A DNA stretch of 64,000 bases, taken from Candidatus Dojkabacteria bacterium (lineage in GTDB: Bacteria > Patescibacteriota > Dojkabacteria > SC72). Shown here piece by piece: positions 1 through 10,008 of this stretch (positions are counted from its first letter, which is position 1; the number at the start of each line of letters is the position of its first letter). The stretch is from positions 300,458 through 364,457 of the forward strand of contig JBMNHB010000001.1 in the NCBI GenBank assembly GCA_050950145.1. Direction: 5' to 3'. The notes under the pieces are model-generated. The model saw nothing but the letters and a program-made list of their open reading frames with translations, was not told where the DNA came from and ran no database searches. The position numbers and the translations under genes are program-made.

Positions 1-1404
1 CCATGGATTGATGAGATTGAGATTAAGTGTCCAAAGTGTGGTGAGAATGTAAAGAGGATTACTGATGTGGGAGATTGTTGGCTTGATGCAGGAGTAGTAC
101 CTTTCTCTACACTTGCATATCTTGATGACAAAAAATATTGGGAGAAGTGGTTCCCAGCAGAATTAGTAATTGAGATGATAGAGCAGATTAGGTTGTGGTT
201 CTACTCAATGCTTGTATTTGGTGTTGTTTTTGAAAAGAAAGCACCATACAAAGAAGTTATGTGTTTTGCAGAGGTCAGAGATGAGAAGAATGAGAGAATG
301 AGTAAGACTAAACCTAACTATGTAAAGTTTGATGATGCTGCAGACAAGATGGGTTCTGACATTCTCAGATGGAACTATTCAACAGCATCCATCGGTTCAA
401 ATATGAGATTTGGATGGGGAACTCTTGAGGATGTAAGGAGAAGATTCTACATTCAGCTTTGGAATTCATACAACTACTTTGTTACATATGCTAAGTTACA
501 TGATTGGGATTGGAAGAAGTATGATGTAAAGAAACTAACACATTTGATGGATAAATGGATGGTAGCAAAGACAAATGACCTAGTCTTTAAGGTTAACAAA
601 TCTCTAGAAGAGTACAATATGGCTACTGCATCAAGAGATATTGAGGAGTATTGTAAGGATCTCTCTCAATGGTATATCAGAAGGTCAAGAAACAGATTTA
701 AGAATGGAGATAGTGATGCCATAGGTACACTTCATTACATTTTAGTTACTCTTTCTAAACTTCTTGCTCCATTTACACCTTTCATATCTGAGGAGATGTA
801 TCAGAATCTTGTTGTGAATATGGGTTTGGAGAGTGTAGAGTCTGTACATCTAGAGGATTATCCAACGGTTGATGAAAAAGATATAGATACTAAAGTTCTT
901 GAGAATATGCAAAGAGTTAGAGATATTGCATCAAATGGTTTGAAGGTTAGAGAGAATGTTAGATTAAATCTAAGACAACCTCTTGCTAAAGCTTTTGTAA
1001 ATATCAAGGATGATGAGTTAAGAGAGATTGTTAGAGAGGAGATAAATGTTAAGGAGATATTCTTCTCTGAGAAAGCAGAAAAAGGAGAAGGAATGAATAC
1101 TGAAGGTGAGGGTAGTAACTTTATTACAATTGATTGTAACCTAACAGATGAGTTAAAGAATGAAGCTTTAATTAATGAATTTATGAGAAGGTACAAAGAT
1201 TTAAGAAAGAAGAAAGGTCTTAAGGTTGATGATATGGTTACCCTTTATCTTAAGATAGAGGATAAAGATACTAAAGATGTAATACAAAACTATGTTGATG
1301 AGAACCTTTCAGAGTTCCATGCAAAGAGTGTTGAAATGGATAACATTACAACAGATGAAGAGATAGAAGTTATGGGTGTAAAGATAGGGGTGAGAATTAC
1401 CTAA
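1..1404 (+). CDS. ileS: Isoleucine--tRNA ligase, C-terminal part (5' truncated by window edge)
   Basis: Frame is open from base 1 (PWIDEIEIKCPKCG...). Motifs DCWLDAG, WFYS, KMSKS-like RMSKT, anticodon-binding WYIRRSR, APFTPFISEE and RQPL..EEINVK. Confidence 0.93.
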   Translation, partial: PWIDEIEIKCPKCGENVKRITDVGDCWLDAGVVPFSTLAYLDDKKYWEKWFPAELVIEMIEQIRLWFYSMLVFGVVFEKKAPYKEVMCFAEVRDEKNERMSKTKPNYVKFDDAADKMGSDILRWNYSTASIGSNMRFGWGTLEDVRRRFYIQLWNSYNYFVTYAKLHDWDWKKYDVKKLTHLMDKWMVAKTNDLVFKVNKSLEEYNMATASRDIEEYCKDLSQWYIRRSRNRFKNGDSDAIGTLHYILVTLSKLLAPFTPFISEEMYQNLVVNMGLESVESVHLEDYPTVDEKDIDTKVLENMQRVRDIASNGLKVRENVRLNLRQPLAKAFVNIKDDELREIVREEINVKEIFFSEKAEKGEGMNTEGEGSNFITIDCNLTDELKNEALINEFMRRYKDLRKKKGLKVDDMVTLYLKIEDKDTKDVIQNYVDENLSEFHAKSVEMDNITTDEEIEVMGVKIGVRIT

Positions 1405-1408
1405 GTCA

Positions 1409-1933
1409 TTAATCTTTTATAATATCTACATATATCCCAGTAATTGTACTAAAGTTCTTAGATGCTGTTTTTAATGAAGTACCACTAGATACTGCTAGTT
1501 CACCAACGATGTTTCTAATTGCACCTTCTAACTGTTTCTCAATACTAACAGGAATTAATCTTCCTTCTTTCTCTCTATTTTTCTTAACAAAGTTACAATA
1601 CTGAATTATTTTAATAGAATCATCAATACTAGAACTCTCTTCAAGCTCTTTAAAAGTGTTTAACATAATGTTAAAGTCTTTAACCTTAGGGTCAATAGTA
1701 GAAGACTTTTTGAGTATTGCAATCTTCTTTTTAATATCGTTTGCAGAAAGAACTGGTCTAATGCCTAAGTTCTCAATATTATCTACTGGTGTTGAAATCC
1801 TAAGAAGATTAGTGACTAATTCAAATTCAAAATACTTCTTCTTCTTTCCATCAAACTCAATTTCTTTTTCTCCTCTAATCCAACCAGCACCATGTGATGG
1901 ATAGAAAACCTTTGAACCAATCTTAAAATTCAT
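1409..1933 (-). CDS. carD: CarD/TRCF-domain transcription factor
   Basis: N-terminal FKIGSKVFYPSHGAGWI..E signature, GIRP motif, 174 aa. Confidence 0.85.
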   Translation of the reverse strand: MNFKIGSKVFYPSHGAGWIRGEKEIEFDGKKKKYFEFELVTNLLRISTPVDNIENLGIRPVLSANDIKKKIAILKKSSTIDPKVKDFNIMLNTFKELEESSSIDDSIKIIQYCNFVKKNREKEGRLIPVSIEKQLEGAIRNIVGELAVSSGTSLKTASKNFSTITGIYVDIIKD

Positions 1934-1991
1934 ACTAAAATCTTTTTATCTTATCTACTCTATTATACCATAAAAATGCTATACTTATCTC

Positions 1992-3029
1992 ATGAATATT
2001 CTCTTGATTGGTGGAGGTACAGGAAGTACAGTTGTATTAGAAGGTTTAAAAAAGCATAAAGATTTAAATCTATCCGTGATTGTTGGAATGATGGATGATG
2101 GTGGTAGTAATGCTGTTGTACGAGATGAATTTGGTCTTCTTCCTCTTAGCGATATTAGAAAATCTTTAATAGCTTTGTATGATAGTGGGAATAATGAGAT
2201 TTTAAGAAAACTTTTTCTGTATAGATTTGCAACAGGAGAAGGAATAAAAGGGCACACTCTTGGTAATCTTCTAATGATAGCTATGACAGATATATTAGGA
2301 GGAAGTGAGATAGAAGCTATAGAGATGTTTAAGACAATTTTTGGAATAATTGGAGATGTAATACCTGTAACACTAGATAAATCAAGATTAGTAGCAGAAT
2401 ATGATGATGGTGAAATTATAGAAGGAGAACATTTAATTGATGAACCAGAGGTAGATAAGAATATATCCAAAATTTATCTTAAACCATCTGCAAAAGCTAC
2501 AGAGAATGCATTAAAAGCTATTAGAAAAGCAGATTACATAATACTTGGTCCAGGTGATCTATATACTACAACTCTTACAAACTTTGTTGTAAAGGGTATT
2601 AAAGAAGAAATAAAGAAATGTAAAGCAAAAATCATATGTATAGGGAATCTAATGAGTAAAAAGGGTCAAACTAGAAATATGACTCAAAGAGAATACTTAG
2701 ATATTATAGAGAAATATATTGGTAAAAAGGTTGATTACTTTTTAATTAACAATGGGAAAATTCCACAAGGAGCATATAAAAGGTATATAGAGAAAGGTGA
2801 ACATATTATAGAAGATGATATTACAGAGAAGAATTTTAAAGGAAAAATTATTAGAGCAGATTTGGTAGCGTCTGGATTGATAAAGAGAGAGAAAGGTGAT
2901 GAATTAGAGAGAAGTCTTGTTAGACATGATAGCGAGAAGATAAAGAGGGAACTTAGAAAAATATTCTCTTCTTCGCAGACAATTATTGAAAGAGTGCTGG
3001 GTAAATTTTTCTCCTACTACAAGGATTAA
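1992..3029 (+). CDS. yvcK: YvcK/GlmR family (CofD-like) UDP-GlcNAc-binding protein
   Basis: Motifs IGGGTG, DDGGS, GHTLGNL, GPGDLYT, RHDSEK. Confidence 0.9.
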   Translation: MNILLIGGGTGSTVVLEGLKKHKDLNLSVIVGMMDDGGSNAVVRDEFGLLPLSDIRKSLIALYDSGNNEILRKLFLYRFATGEGIKGHTLGNLLMIAMTDILGGSEIEAIEMFKTIFGIIGDVIPVTLDKSRLVAEYDDGEIIEGEHLIDEPEVDKNISKIYLKPSAKATENALKAIRKADYIILGPGDLYTTTLTNFVVKGIKEEIKKCKAKIICIGNLMSKKGQTRNMTQREYLDIIEKYIGKKVDYFLINNGKIPQGAYKRYIEKGEHIIEDDITEKNFKGKIIRADLVASGLIKREKGDELERSLVRHDSEKIKRELRKIFSSSQTIIERVLGKFFSYYKD

Positions 3030-3041
3030 TCTTTGTATACT

Positions 3042-3998
3042 CTAGTCAAATATTACACTAATAGATTTGTTAGTATGTATTCTCTCAATAGCTTGAGCTA
3101 TGAGATCTCCTACTGTGACTACCTTAATTTTTCTTCCAAGTTTTGTCTTGGGATGATAAATAGTGTCGGTTATAATAAATTCTTTAATAGGGGAATCTTT
3201 AATTCGTTCTACCGCATTGTCACTAAGTACTCCATGTGTAGCAGCACCGTAAACTTTTTTTGCACCTCTCTTTACTAAAACCTCAGCAGCCTTACAGATA
3301 GTTCCACCTGTATCTATAATATCGTCTATCATAATTATGTTTTTCCCTTCTATTTCACCAATTACATTCATAACTTCATTCTCATTAGGTCTAGGTCTAA
3401 CCTTCTCTATTATAGCTATTGGTAATTTTAGAAAGTTAGCAAATTTTCTAGCTCTAGCTACTCCACCTAGATCAGGGGATACTACTACAAAGTTTGGATC
3501 AGCTTTTACATACTTTTTAAAATACTCAGCTAACTTCTTTAATGCAGTCAGGTGATCAACAGGGATGTTAAAATAGCCTTGAATCTGTCCTGCATGTAAA
3601 TCCATAGTAACAACTCTGTCAGCCCCAGCAACTGTTATCAAATCAGCAACGAGTTTAGCTGTGATTGGTTCCCTAGGTTTGGTTTTTCTATCTTGTCTAG
3701 CATAACCATAGTATGGAATAACAGCATTTACTCTTCCTACAGAAGCTCTTCTTAAAGCATCTATTATAACAAGCAATTCCATTAAGTTGTCATTTACAGG
3801 AGTACTTGTGGGTTGTATTACAAAGACGTCTGCTCCTCTAGCAGAATCTACAATATTTAGACCAATCTCTCCGTCTTTGAAATGTTTTACTTCTGTAACA
3901 CTTAGTTTGACATCTAAATATTTACAAATACTTTTTGCTAAGGGAATATTTGAATTACCAGTTATAATTCTTAATTTGCCATATCCGACATTTTTCAT
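3042..3998 (-). CDS. prs: Ribose-phosphate pyrophosphokinase
   Basis: Motifs FKDGE, YYGYARQDRK, DLHAGQIQGYF, SPDLGG, DDIIDTGGT. Confidence 0.97.
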   Translation of the reverse strand: MKNVGYGKLRIITGNSNIPLAKSICKYLDVKLSVTEVKHFKDGEIGLNIVDSARGADVFVIQPTSTPVNDNLMELLVIIDALRRASVGRVNAVIPYYGYARQDRKTKPREPITAKLVADLITVAGADRVVTMDLHAGQIQGYFNIPVDHLTALKKLAEYFKKYVKADPNFVVVSPDLGGVARARKFANFLKLPIAIIEKVRPRPNENEVMNVIGEIEGKNIIMIDDIIDTGGTICKAAEVLVKRGAKKVYGAATHGVLSDNAVERIKDSPIKEFIITDTIYHPKTKLGRKIKVVTVGDLIAQAIERIHTNKSISVIFD

Positions 3999-4049
3999 GA
4001 TGACACCCTCCTCTTTATTTTATGAAGATCTTTTGACCCCAATAAAAAC

Positions 4050-4078
4050 ATTATAATGATAATATCCGATTTCATCAA
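4050..4078 (-). promoter_or_regulatory. sigma70-type promoter of prs
   Basis: TTGATG-17 nt-TATAAT on the minus strand. AGGAGG Shine-Dalgarno lies before the ATG at 3998. Confidence 0.6.
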
Positions 4079-4135
4079 TCGCTTTATAGAATCCTTGTTT
4101 TAAGGAAACTTTTGATGTCAATCTGTTGAGATATT

Positions 4136-4759
4136 TTAGAGAGCAATGACATTCATAACTCCCTGTACTTTACTTGCCCATGCATCAGCATTAGGAGGAC
4201 AGTATGAGTAACTGATAAGTTTTGGAGTGGTTAAACCTTTTGAGTAGTATCTACCAATACTTGCAGAAACAGTCCAAATTCCTTCTGTCCAGTTTGCAAA
4301 TCCCTTTTTACCCCATCCCCACGCATTGTAAGGTCTGAAGTTATTCTTACCACCACCAGATTCAATAATTGAGATAGCAGCAACAATTCTGTAGTCAATA
4401 CCATATTCATCTGCAGCCTTTACAAACTCTTCTGCATATTCTGCAAGTGGAGAATTTCTTTTTTCAAGATATGCTCTAATTTTTGCAACTTTAACTTCAT
4501 CAGGAATATTATTTTGAGGTATTTGAATAAATGCAGTTGGTTCTGTATCTTCAATAATATTCTCTACCTGAGTAGCTGCAGCTGTAGAGGTGATTTCTCC
4601 TGTCATCTCTGCTTTTACAGAGAATACTGGAATCTTATGAGAAAGAGTTTGTAGTATTACGGCGACAAAAAGTAGACCACTTAACATGGTTACTGTTTTT
4701 TTACTTTTTAATATCAATTTATTCATCCTTATATTTATTAAATAATTTAGGCTGAACAT
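4136..4759 (-). CDS. Membrane-anchored lysozyme-superfamily (glucosaminidase/SLT-like) protein; start may be 4726
   Basis: N-terminal hydrophobic anchor, then ADEYGIDYRIVAAISIIESGGG, NAWGW and YCPP. Paralog of 57763..58515. Confidence 0.65.
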   Translation of the reverse strand: MFSLNYLINIRMNKLILKSKKTVTMLSGLLFVAVILQTLSHKIPVFSVKAEMTGEITSTAAATQVENIIEDTEPTAFIQIPQNNIPDEVKVAKIRAYLEKRNSPLAEYAEEFVKAADEYGIDYRIVAAISIIESGGGKNNFRPYNAWGWGKKGFANWTEGIWTVSASIGRYYSKGLTTPKLISYSYCPPNADAWASKVQGVMNVIAL

Positions 4760-4819
4760 ACATATATTATACCACGAAACGACCTATAGTATCAACCAGG
4801 GTGGAAGAGGTCTTATTTT

Positions 4820-6583
4820 ATGGTAATATTGCATATGATCAATATTGATATGACTGCACCAAGGCAGAAACCAAGAGAAACAGTTGTAAGAAGACATACT
4901 GTTTCTAGAAATGGTTCTATGCAGAAGCAGAAAGGTAAAATAAAGGTTTTTAGGTTAATTCTTCTCTCTTTTCTTTTTTCAGCACTGTTTCTATTTTTTG
5001 AAAATAGGGATAATTTTCTTTATGCGGTAAGGTATCTATTTAATATAGGAAGAAGTGCAGTTGTATACGATACATATACAATATCTTTTGAAGATGATGT
5101 CCCTGAGGAATTTAAAAATTTGATGGTAGAAAATTTAAGTAAGGTGGTGTTTAATGAAAAACCTAGGTTTAAGTTTAAAGATGGTAGAAGTGATTTAGTG
5201 ATAGGGATGGAGGAGAAAGAAGGTAGCAAGGTGGTGTTTAGTCAGGACTTTATTCCAGTGGGGCATATGTATTCTCTTACAACAAACTTAACAGATGATG
5301 ATATTAAGAGTAAGAATCTGTACATGATTGATGGTAGATTGAAGGAGCAGATTCAGAGTCAGATTGATGCAGATATCACTGTGTTAGATGGGGGAATTGA
5401 TAGTTTGGTAGCTAAACTAAAAGAGAGTGATGATAATATTGGTTTATTGTCTTTTGATTCTTTGGATTACAGAGTTAAGATAATACCTTTTAATGAAAAG
5501 TATTACTTAGATGATCAGGAAGGCGCTGTTAAGTTTAGATTTTACTCTTCCGTAAAGCCAGAAGATGAATTAATTATCTCAATTATCGGTATCCATATGG
5601 GTTTTGGTGGTAGTGGTGTTATGCAAAAAAGTTTGTTGACAAAATTGAATATGGGAGGTGTTGTTGCTATTGCAAGGAATTTAGCATTTAAGATGGAAGC
5701 TGCAAAAGAAAATGATTATGCTGCTAAGTATATAGGGGATTTTTTGGCAGATGCTGATCTTACACATGTATCTAATGAGGTTTCTTTTGTACCTGGTTGT
5801 ACTCCAACAAGAAGTATGGCTTTTTGTTCTAATCCTAAATATATTGAGACTTTAAAGAAGAGTGGTGTGGATATTGTTGAGTTAACAGGTAATCATAATA
5901 ATGACTATGGAGCTAAGTATAGTGCGAGTACAATAGAGACATATAAAGAATTGGGTTGGGATTATTTTGGTGGTGGACTTGATTTAGAAGATGCAAGAAA
6001 GATTTTGTATAAGGAGGTAAATGGTACTAAGATAGCATTTCTTGGCTATAACTATTACGATAGTATATTAAATAATCCAGGGCCATTAGCTGGAACTAAT
6101 AAATCTGGAGCGAATCCTTACAGTGAGGAGAAACTTAAGAGGGATATAGAAGAGGCTAAGAAGAATGCAGATGTTGTAATTACAAGTTTTCAATTTCAAG
6201 AGTGTTACTGTTATCCTGATGGTGATGTTATTTTTCCTCCTTGTTATAAACCTGTTGCTGTTCCTGATCAAAGAGGTACATTTAAGAAAGCTATTGATCT
6301 AGGAGCAGATATTGTAGTAGGTACTCAGGCGCATCAACCTCAGACATATGAGTTGTATAAAGATGGGGTTATATTCTATGGTTTAGGCAATCTCTTCTTT
6401 GATCAATATATTTGGATAGGAACCAGACAGGGTCTTGTGCTTACACATTATTTCTATGAAGGTAAGTATATTCAAACGAAAGTAGTTCCCATATATATGG
6501 ATAAGGATTTTAGAGTAAGGCTTGCAACTAAAGAACAGGGTGATTTACTATTGAAATTATTAAAGGATGCTAGAGATAAGTAA
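4820..6583 (+). CDS. CapA/PGA_cap family metallophosphoesterase-fold membrane protein
   Basis: N-terminal TM; ELTGNHNNDYG, GADIVVGTQAH, FYGLGNLFFDQ. Confidence 0.8.
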   Translation: MVILHMINIDMTAPRQKPRETVVRRHTVSRNGSMQKQKGKIKVFRLILLSFLFSALFLFFENRDNFLYAVRYLFNIGRSAVVYDTYTISFEDDVPEEFKNLMVENLSKVVFNEKPRFKFKDGRSDLVIGMEEKEGSKVVFSQDFIPVGHMYSLTTNLTDDDIKSKNLYMIDGRLKEQIQSQIDADITVLDGGIDSLVAKLKESDDNIGLLSFDSLDYRVKIIPFNEKYYLDDQEGAVKFRFYSSVKPEDELIISIIGIHMGFGGSGVMQKSLLTKLNMGGVVAIARNLAFKMEAAKENDYAAKYIGDFLADADLTHVSNEVSFVPGCTPTRSMAFCSNPKYIETLKKSGVDIVELTGNHNNDYGAKYSASTIETYKELGWDYFGGGLDLEDARKILYKEVNGTKIAFLGYNYYDSILNNPGPLAGTNKSGANPYSEEKLKRDIEEAKKNADVVITSFQFQECYCYPDGDVIFPPCYKPVAVPDQRGTFKKAIDLGADIVVGTQAHQPQTYELYKDGVIFYGLGNLFFDQYIWIGTRQGLVLTHYFYEGKYIQTKVVPIYMDKDFRVRLATKEQGDLLLKLLKDARDK

Positions 6584-6584
6584 G

Positions 6585-7361
6585 TTATTGTAGTACTTTT
6601 ATAAATACTCCACTTTGATTTCCGATTTTTAACTCTTCTCCATATATTTCATTTTTATCATTCTTTATTGTATATTCAAAAAGACTTTTACTATCTTGCC
6701 ACTGTCCTATCTGTTTTATCTTATTAAACTCTAGATTTTTTAATATTTCATATGATGTATATCCTTTGTTATCAAACAGATAGGAAGGAACTAGATTCCA
6801 TCCTGACAACTTTGATATATCCAGACTTGCTCCTCTATAGCCAGTTAAATTAAATTCTGCTTCTTGTAGCGATATAACCATATATGATTTGTTTGAATCT
6901 AGTTTAAAATCATTGCCATATATCTTTCCATCTTGATACTTTACAACTTGAATCCATTCTCCTGATTTGTATTCTCCAACAGCAATAGCTCTTTTATCTG
7001 ACATATTGATTAAATCGTATGCTGTTTTAGGATGTAGTGTCTGAGTAGTATCTAATACTTCTACTGGATTAATGAAGCTAACCCCCTTCTTAAGTTGATA
7101 TTTAGCATTTGTGTTCTTACAATTTGTAATTGGAATATCTTCTCTAAGTACTCCATTACAATCGGATGGCATTTTTACGGAGAGTTTATTATCTTCAAAA
7201 CAACATATTTTTTCTGTTTTTATGATTTTTTTATCTACAGTACATGTATATCCATGTTCAGCTTCTAATCTAGTTTTGTAATTATTTCCTTCTTTATCGT
7301 AGAGACATATACAACCGTTAGGGTCTTCACAGTATCTATCTTTATTAGTCACGACCATTTC
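6585..7361. repeat. Direct repeat copy A (~777 bp), near-identical to 9232..10008
   Basis: Constant offset of 2647 bp with no indels seen. About 390 bp (~6925-7315) look identical by eye, with few substitutions elsewhere. Confidence 0.95.
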
Positions 7362-9194
7362 ATCTCTATTTCCATCAGGAGGGTTAGGATCTGGATTAGG
7401 TGTAGGACTAGGGCTAGGGCTAGGACTAGGCGTAGGTACAAGACTATCTCCACAACATTGATGCTTGTATTCACTAGACTTTTCTCCTGCAACCATTATG
7501 GTTTCATCGTTTAATAAACATGTTTGCCCTTTGTAGATATGGACATTATTTTTGTTATCGTAATAATTGCATGTGCATCCATCATCTGTGTTACATGTCC
7601 CTTCGGGTTTTAGTTTATTTAGTGTTATTGATCCCCTTGGACTTACTTTACATTTTTCACCACATAGTGAAAGTCTTTTGTAATTCTCAGGTTTATTATT
7701 TTCATCTCTTTTTTCAAAACAATCACACCCTCCACGATCAGTACATATCTCTCCTTCTATTATATCAGTATTACCACTTGGATCATCATTACAACCAGTA
7801 CTACTTCCAAGAACATTATTCTTTTCTATGTCATTGTTATCACAATTTTTATATATGGTATTCATCTTTTGATTAGAATGATCACATATATAACTACTAG
7901 ATCTTTCTATCTTAAAAGGAAATTCAATATTATTATAACCACTAGTACCATCAAGTAGTACATGTTTGTAATTTCTAAGAGTTTTTGAATAATACAACAA
8001 ACCAGAAACAAGATCTCTTTTAGAATTACATCCCTTTCCTTTTTTATCTCCTAATACAAACTTTGTAGCCCATTGAATATTTTTAAAGAGTTTGGAATTT
8101 TTATTAAGAGAAAACTCACTATTAATATCCTTATCAGAAATCCAATTCTCTATTCTATTAGGAGTAAAGGTATCTAATGTACAAGTATTAATATACTCTT
8201 CTTTTGCAACATTATTTAATAACCAATCTAATTGTCCTCTAAAATCAAAATAGATATTTGAGTTTTTAATTCCAAAATCTTTTAAGTTTTGTACTCCATC
8301 TTTATCAGCTTTTGCATAATTACTAGCACCTGTTTCCTGAAACCATATTGTTAATGGAAATGCGGGGTCTACACCTTTCTCCAAAGAAGTACAATATACA
8401 TCATCAAAACATTCATTTGCATAATTACCTTTTCTACAATTATTGGTATATATCCCATTTTCAGCTTTATCTACAAATGTTGCTTTGTCTATTGCAGTAT
8501 GATTGTAATTATTCACTTTTATATCAACCATACAGTTAGAACCAGTTTTTTCTCTTGCAGCATATATCTTAGGTGCAAGAATATTATGAATTAATGCAAC
8601 TAACTCTTCTTCTGTAGTAATCTGAGCATATTCTCTTTGTTTATATTCTTCTCCTTGATTATCAAATGCCCATGTTCCATGTTTTGCTGTGTCCAACATA
8701 ATATTATCTCCACTATCCAAAGACATTAAAACTAACTTATCAATATTAGTATCTCCAGTTACTATATTAGGAGTTATTACTTCTTCCTTTATCTCTTTTG
8801 TTTTAAAACTAAATTCTTTTTTCTCTATACCTTTAGCAGAATCAATTTTAAATATATATCTTGTATTTGGTTCTAGATTCTCAATTTTGGTAATGTATAG
8901 ATTAGAGTTAGATATATTATCCTTGTAAAGTAGTACATCATTAAATGCTTGTGTATATGGTCCTGTAAATGTTTCTTTTTTGTATGAAAGTATTTGGAAG
9001 TCTTCTTCCTTTACCTTCCAATATATCTGTGTACTATCAGTAGTAGTATTAGCAACAACAATATCAAATGGTGTTCTTAGAGATTTTTGATAATTAAAAT
9101 CACTTCTTAGTAGAAGTAATGATGCTCCTAGAGAGAGAAACACACCTAAAATAAATAGCATAAGTATGTTTTTCTTTTTGATAGGTTTTTCCAC
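6585..9194 (-). CDS. Large secreted/surface protein: FN3 + lysozyme-like domain + Cys-rich + Pro linker + C-terminal beta-repeat
   Basis: Signal/TM; FN3 motif NLEPNTRYIF; GVDPAFPLTIWFQETGAS; PTPSPSPS linker; C-terminal GWNLV repeat domain. Confidence 0.7.
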   Translation of the reverse strand: MEKPIKKKNILMLFILGVFLSLGASLLLLRSDFNYQKSLRTPFDIVVANTTTDSTQIYWKVKEEDFQILSYKKETFTGPYTQAFNDVLLYKDNISNSNLYITKIENLEPNTRYIFKIDSAKGIEKKEFSFKTKEIKEEVITPNIVTGDTNIDKLVLMSLDSGDNIMLDTAKHGTWAFDNQGEEYKQREYAQITTEEELVALIHNILAPKIYAAREKTGSNCMVDIKVNNYNHTAIDKATFVDKAENGIYTNNCRKGNYANECFDDVYCTSLEKGVDPAFPLTIWFQETGASNYAKADKDGVQNLKDFGIKNSNIYFDFRGQLDWLLNNVAKEEYINTCTLDTFTPNRIENWISDKDINSEFSLNKNSKLFKNIQWATKFVLGDKKGKGCNSKRDLVSGLLYYSKTLRNYKHVLLDGTSGYNNIEFPFKIERSSSYICDHSNQKMNTIYKNCDNNDIEKNNVLGSSTGCNDDPSGNTDIIEGEICTDRGGCDCFEKRDENNKPENYKRLSLCGEKCKVSPRGSITLNKLKPEGTCNTDDGCTCNYYDNKNNVHIYKGQTCLLNDETIMVAGEKSSEYKHQCCGDSLVPTPSPSPSPSPTPNPDPNPPDGNRDEMVVTNKDRYCEDPNGCICLYDKEGNNYKTRLEAEHGYTCTVDKKIIKTEKICCFEDNKLSVKMPSDCNGVLREDIPITNCKNTNAKYQLKKGVSFINPVEVLDTTQTLHPKTAYDLINMSDKRAIAVGEYKSGEWIQVVKYQDGKIYGNDFKLDSNKSYMVISLQEAEFNLTGYRGASLDISKLSGWNLVPSYLFDNKGYTSYEILKNLEFNKIKQIGQWQDSKSLFEYTIKNDKNEIYGEELKIGNQSGVFIKVLQ
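7376..7440 (-). repeat. Hexamer-type low-complexity repeat encoding a Pro/Ser/Thr linker
   Basis: ggactagggctagggctaggactagg run; encodes PTPSPSPSPSPTPNPDPNPP. Confidence 0.8.
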
Positions 9195-9231
9195 TATTAC
9201 ATAATATCAAATATATTTCTTGAATAGTAAT

Positions 9232-10008
9232 CTATTGTATTACCTTTATAAATATTCCATTCTGATTTCCGATTTTTAGCTCTTCTCCATATATTTCATT
9301 TTTATCATTCTTTATTGTATATTCAAAAAGACTTTTACTATCTTGCCACTGTCCTATCTGTTTTATCTTATTAAACTCTAGATTTTTTAATATTTCATAT
9401 GATGTATATCCTTTGTTATCAAACAGATAGGAAGGAACTAGATTCCATCCTGACAACTTTGATATATCCAGACTTGCTCCTCTATAGCCAATTAAATTAA
9501 ACTCTGCTCCTTGTAGCGATATAACCATATATGATTTGTTTGAATCTAATTCAAAATCATTGCCATATATTTTTCCATCTTGATACTTTACAACTTGAAT
9601 CCATTCTCCTGATTTGTATTCTCCAACAGCAATAGCTCTTTTATCTGACATATTGATTAAATCGTATGCTGTTTTAGGATGTAGTGTCTGAGTAGTATCT
9701 AATACTTCTACTGGATTAATGAAGCTAACCCCCTTCTTAAGTTGATATTTAGCATTTGTGTTCTTACAATTTGTAATTGGAATATCTTCTCTAAGTACTC
9801 CATTACAATCGGATGGCATTTTTACGGAGAGTTTATTATCTTCAAAACAACATATTTTTTCTGTTTTTATGATTTTTTTATCTACAGTACATGTATATCC
9901 ATGTTCAGCTTCTAATCTAGTTTTGTAATTATTTCCTTCTTTATCGTAGAGACATATACAACCATCATGATCTGCACAATATCTATCTTTATCAGTCACG
10001 ACCATTTC
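9232..10008. repeat. Direct repeat copy B (~777 bp)
   Basis: Matches 6585..7361. Confidence 0.95.

Noticed and set aside
6585-10008. Diversity-generating retroelement TR/VR pair
   Set aside because: Both repeats are coding and ~780 bp long, mismatches are not adenine-specific, and no reverse transcriptase is in the window.
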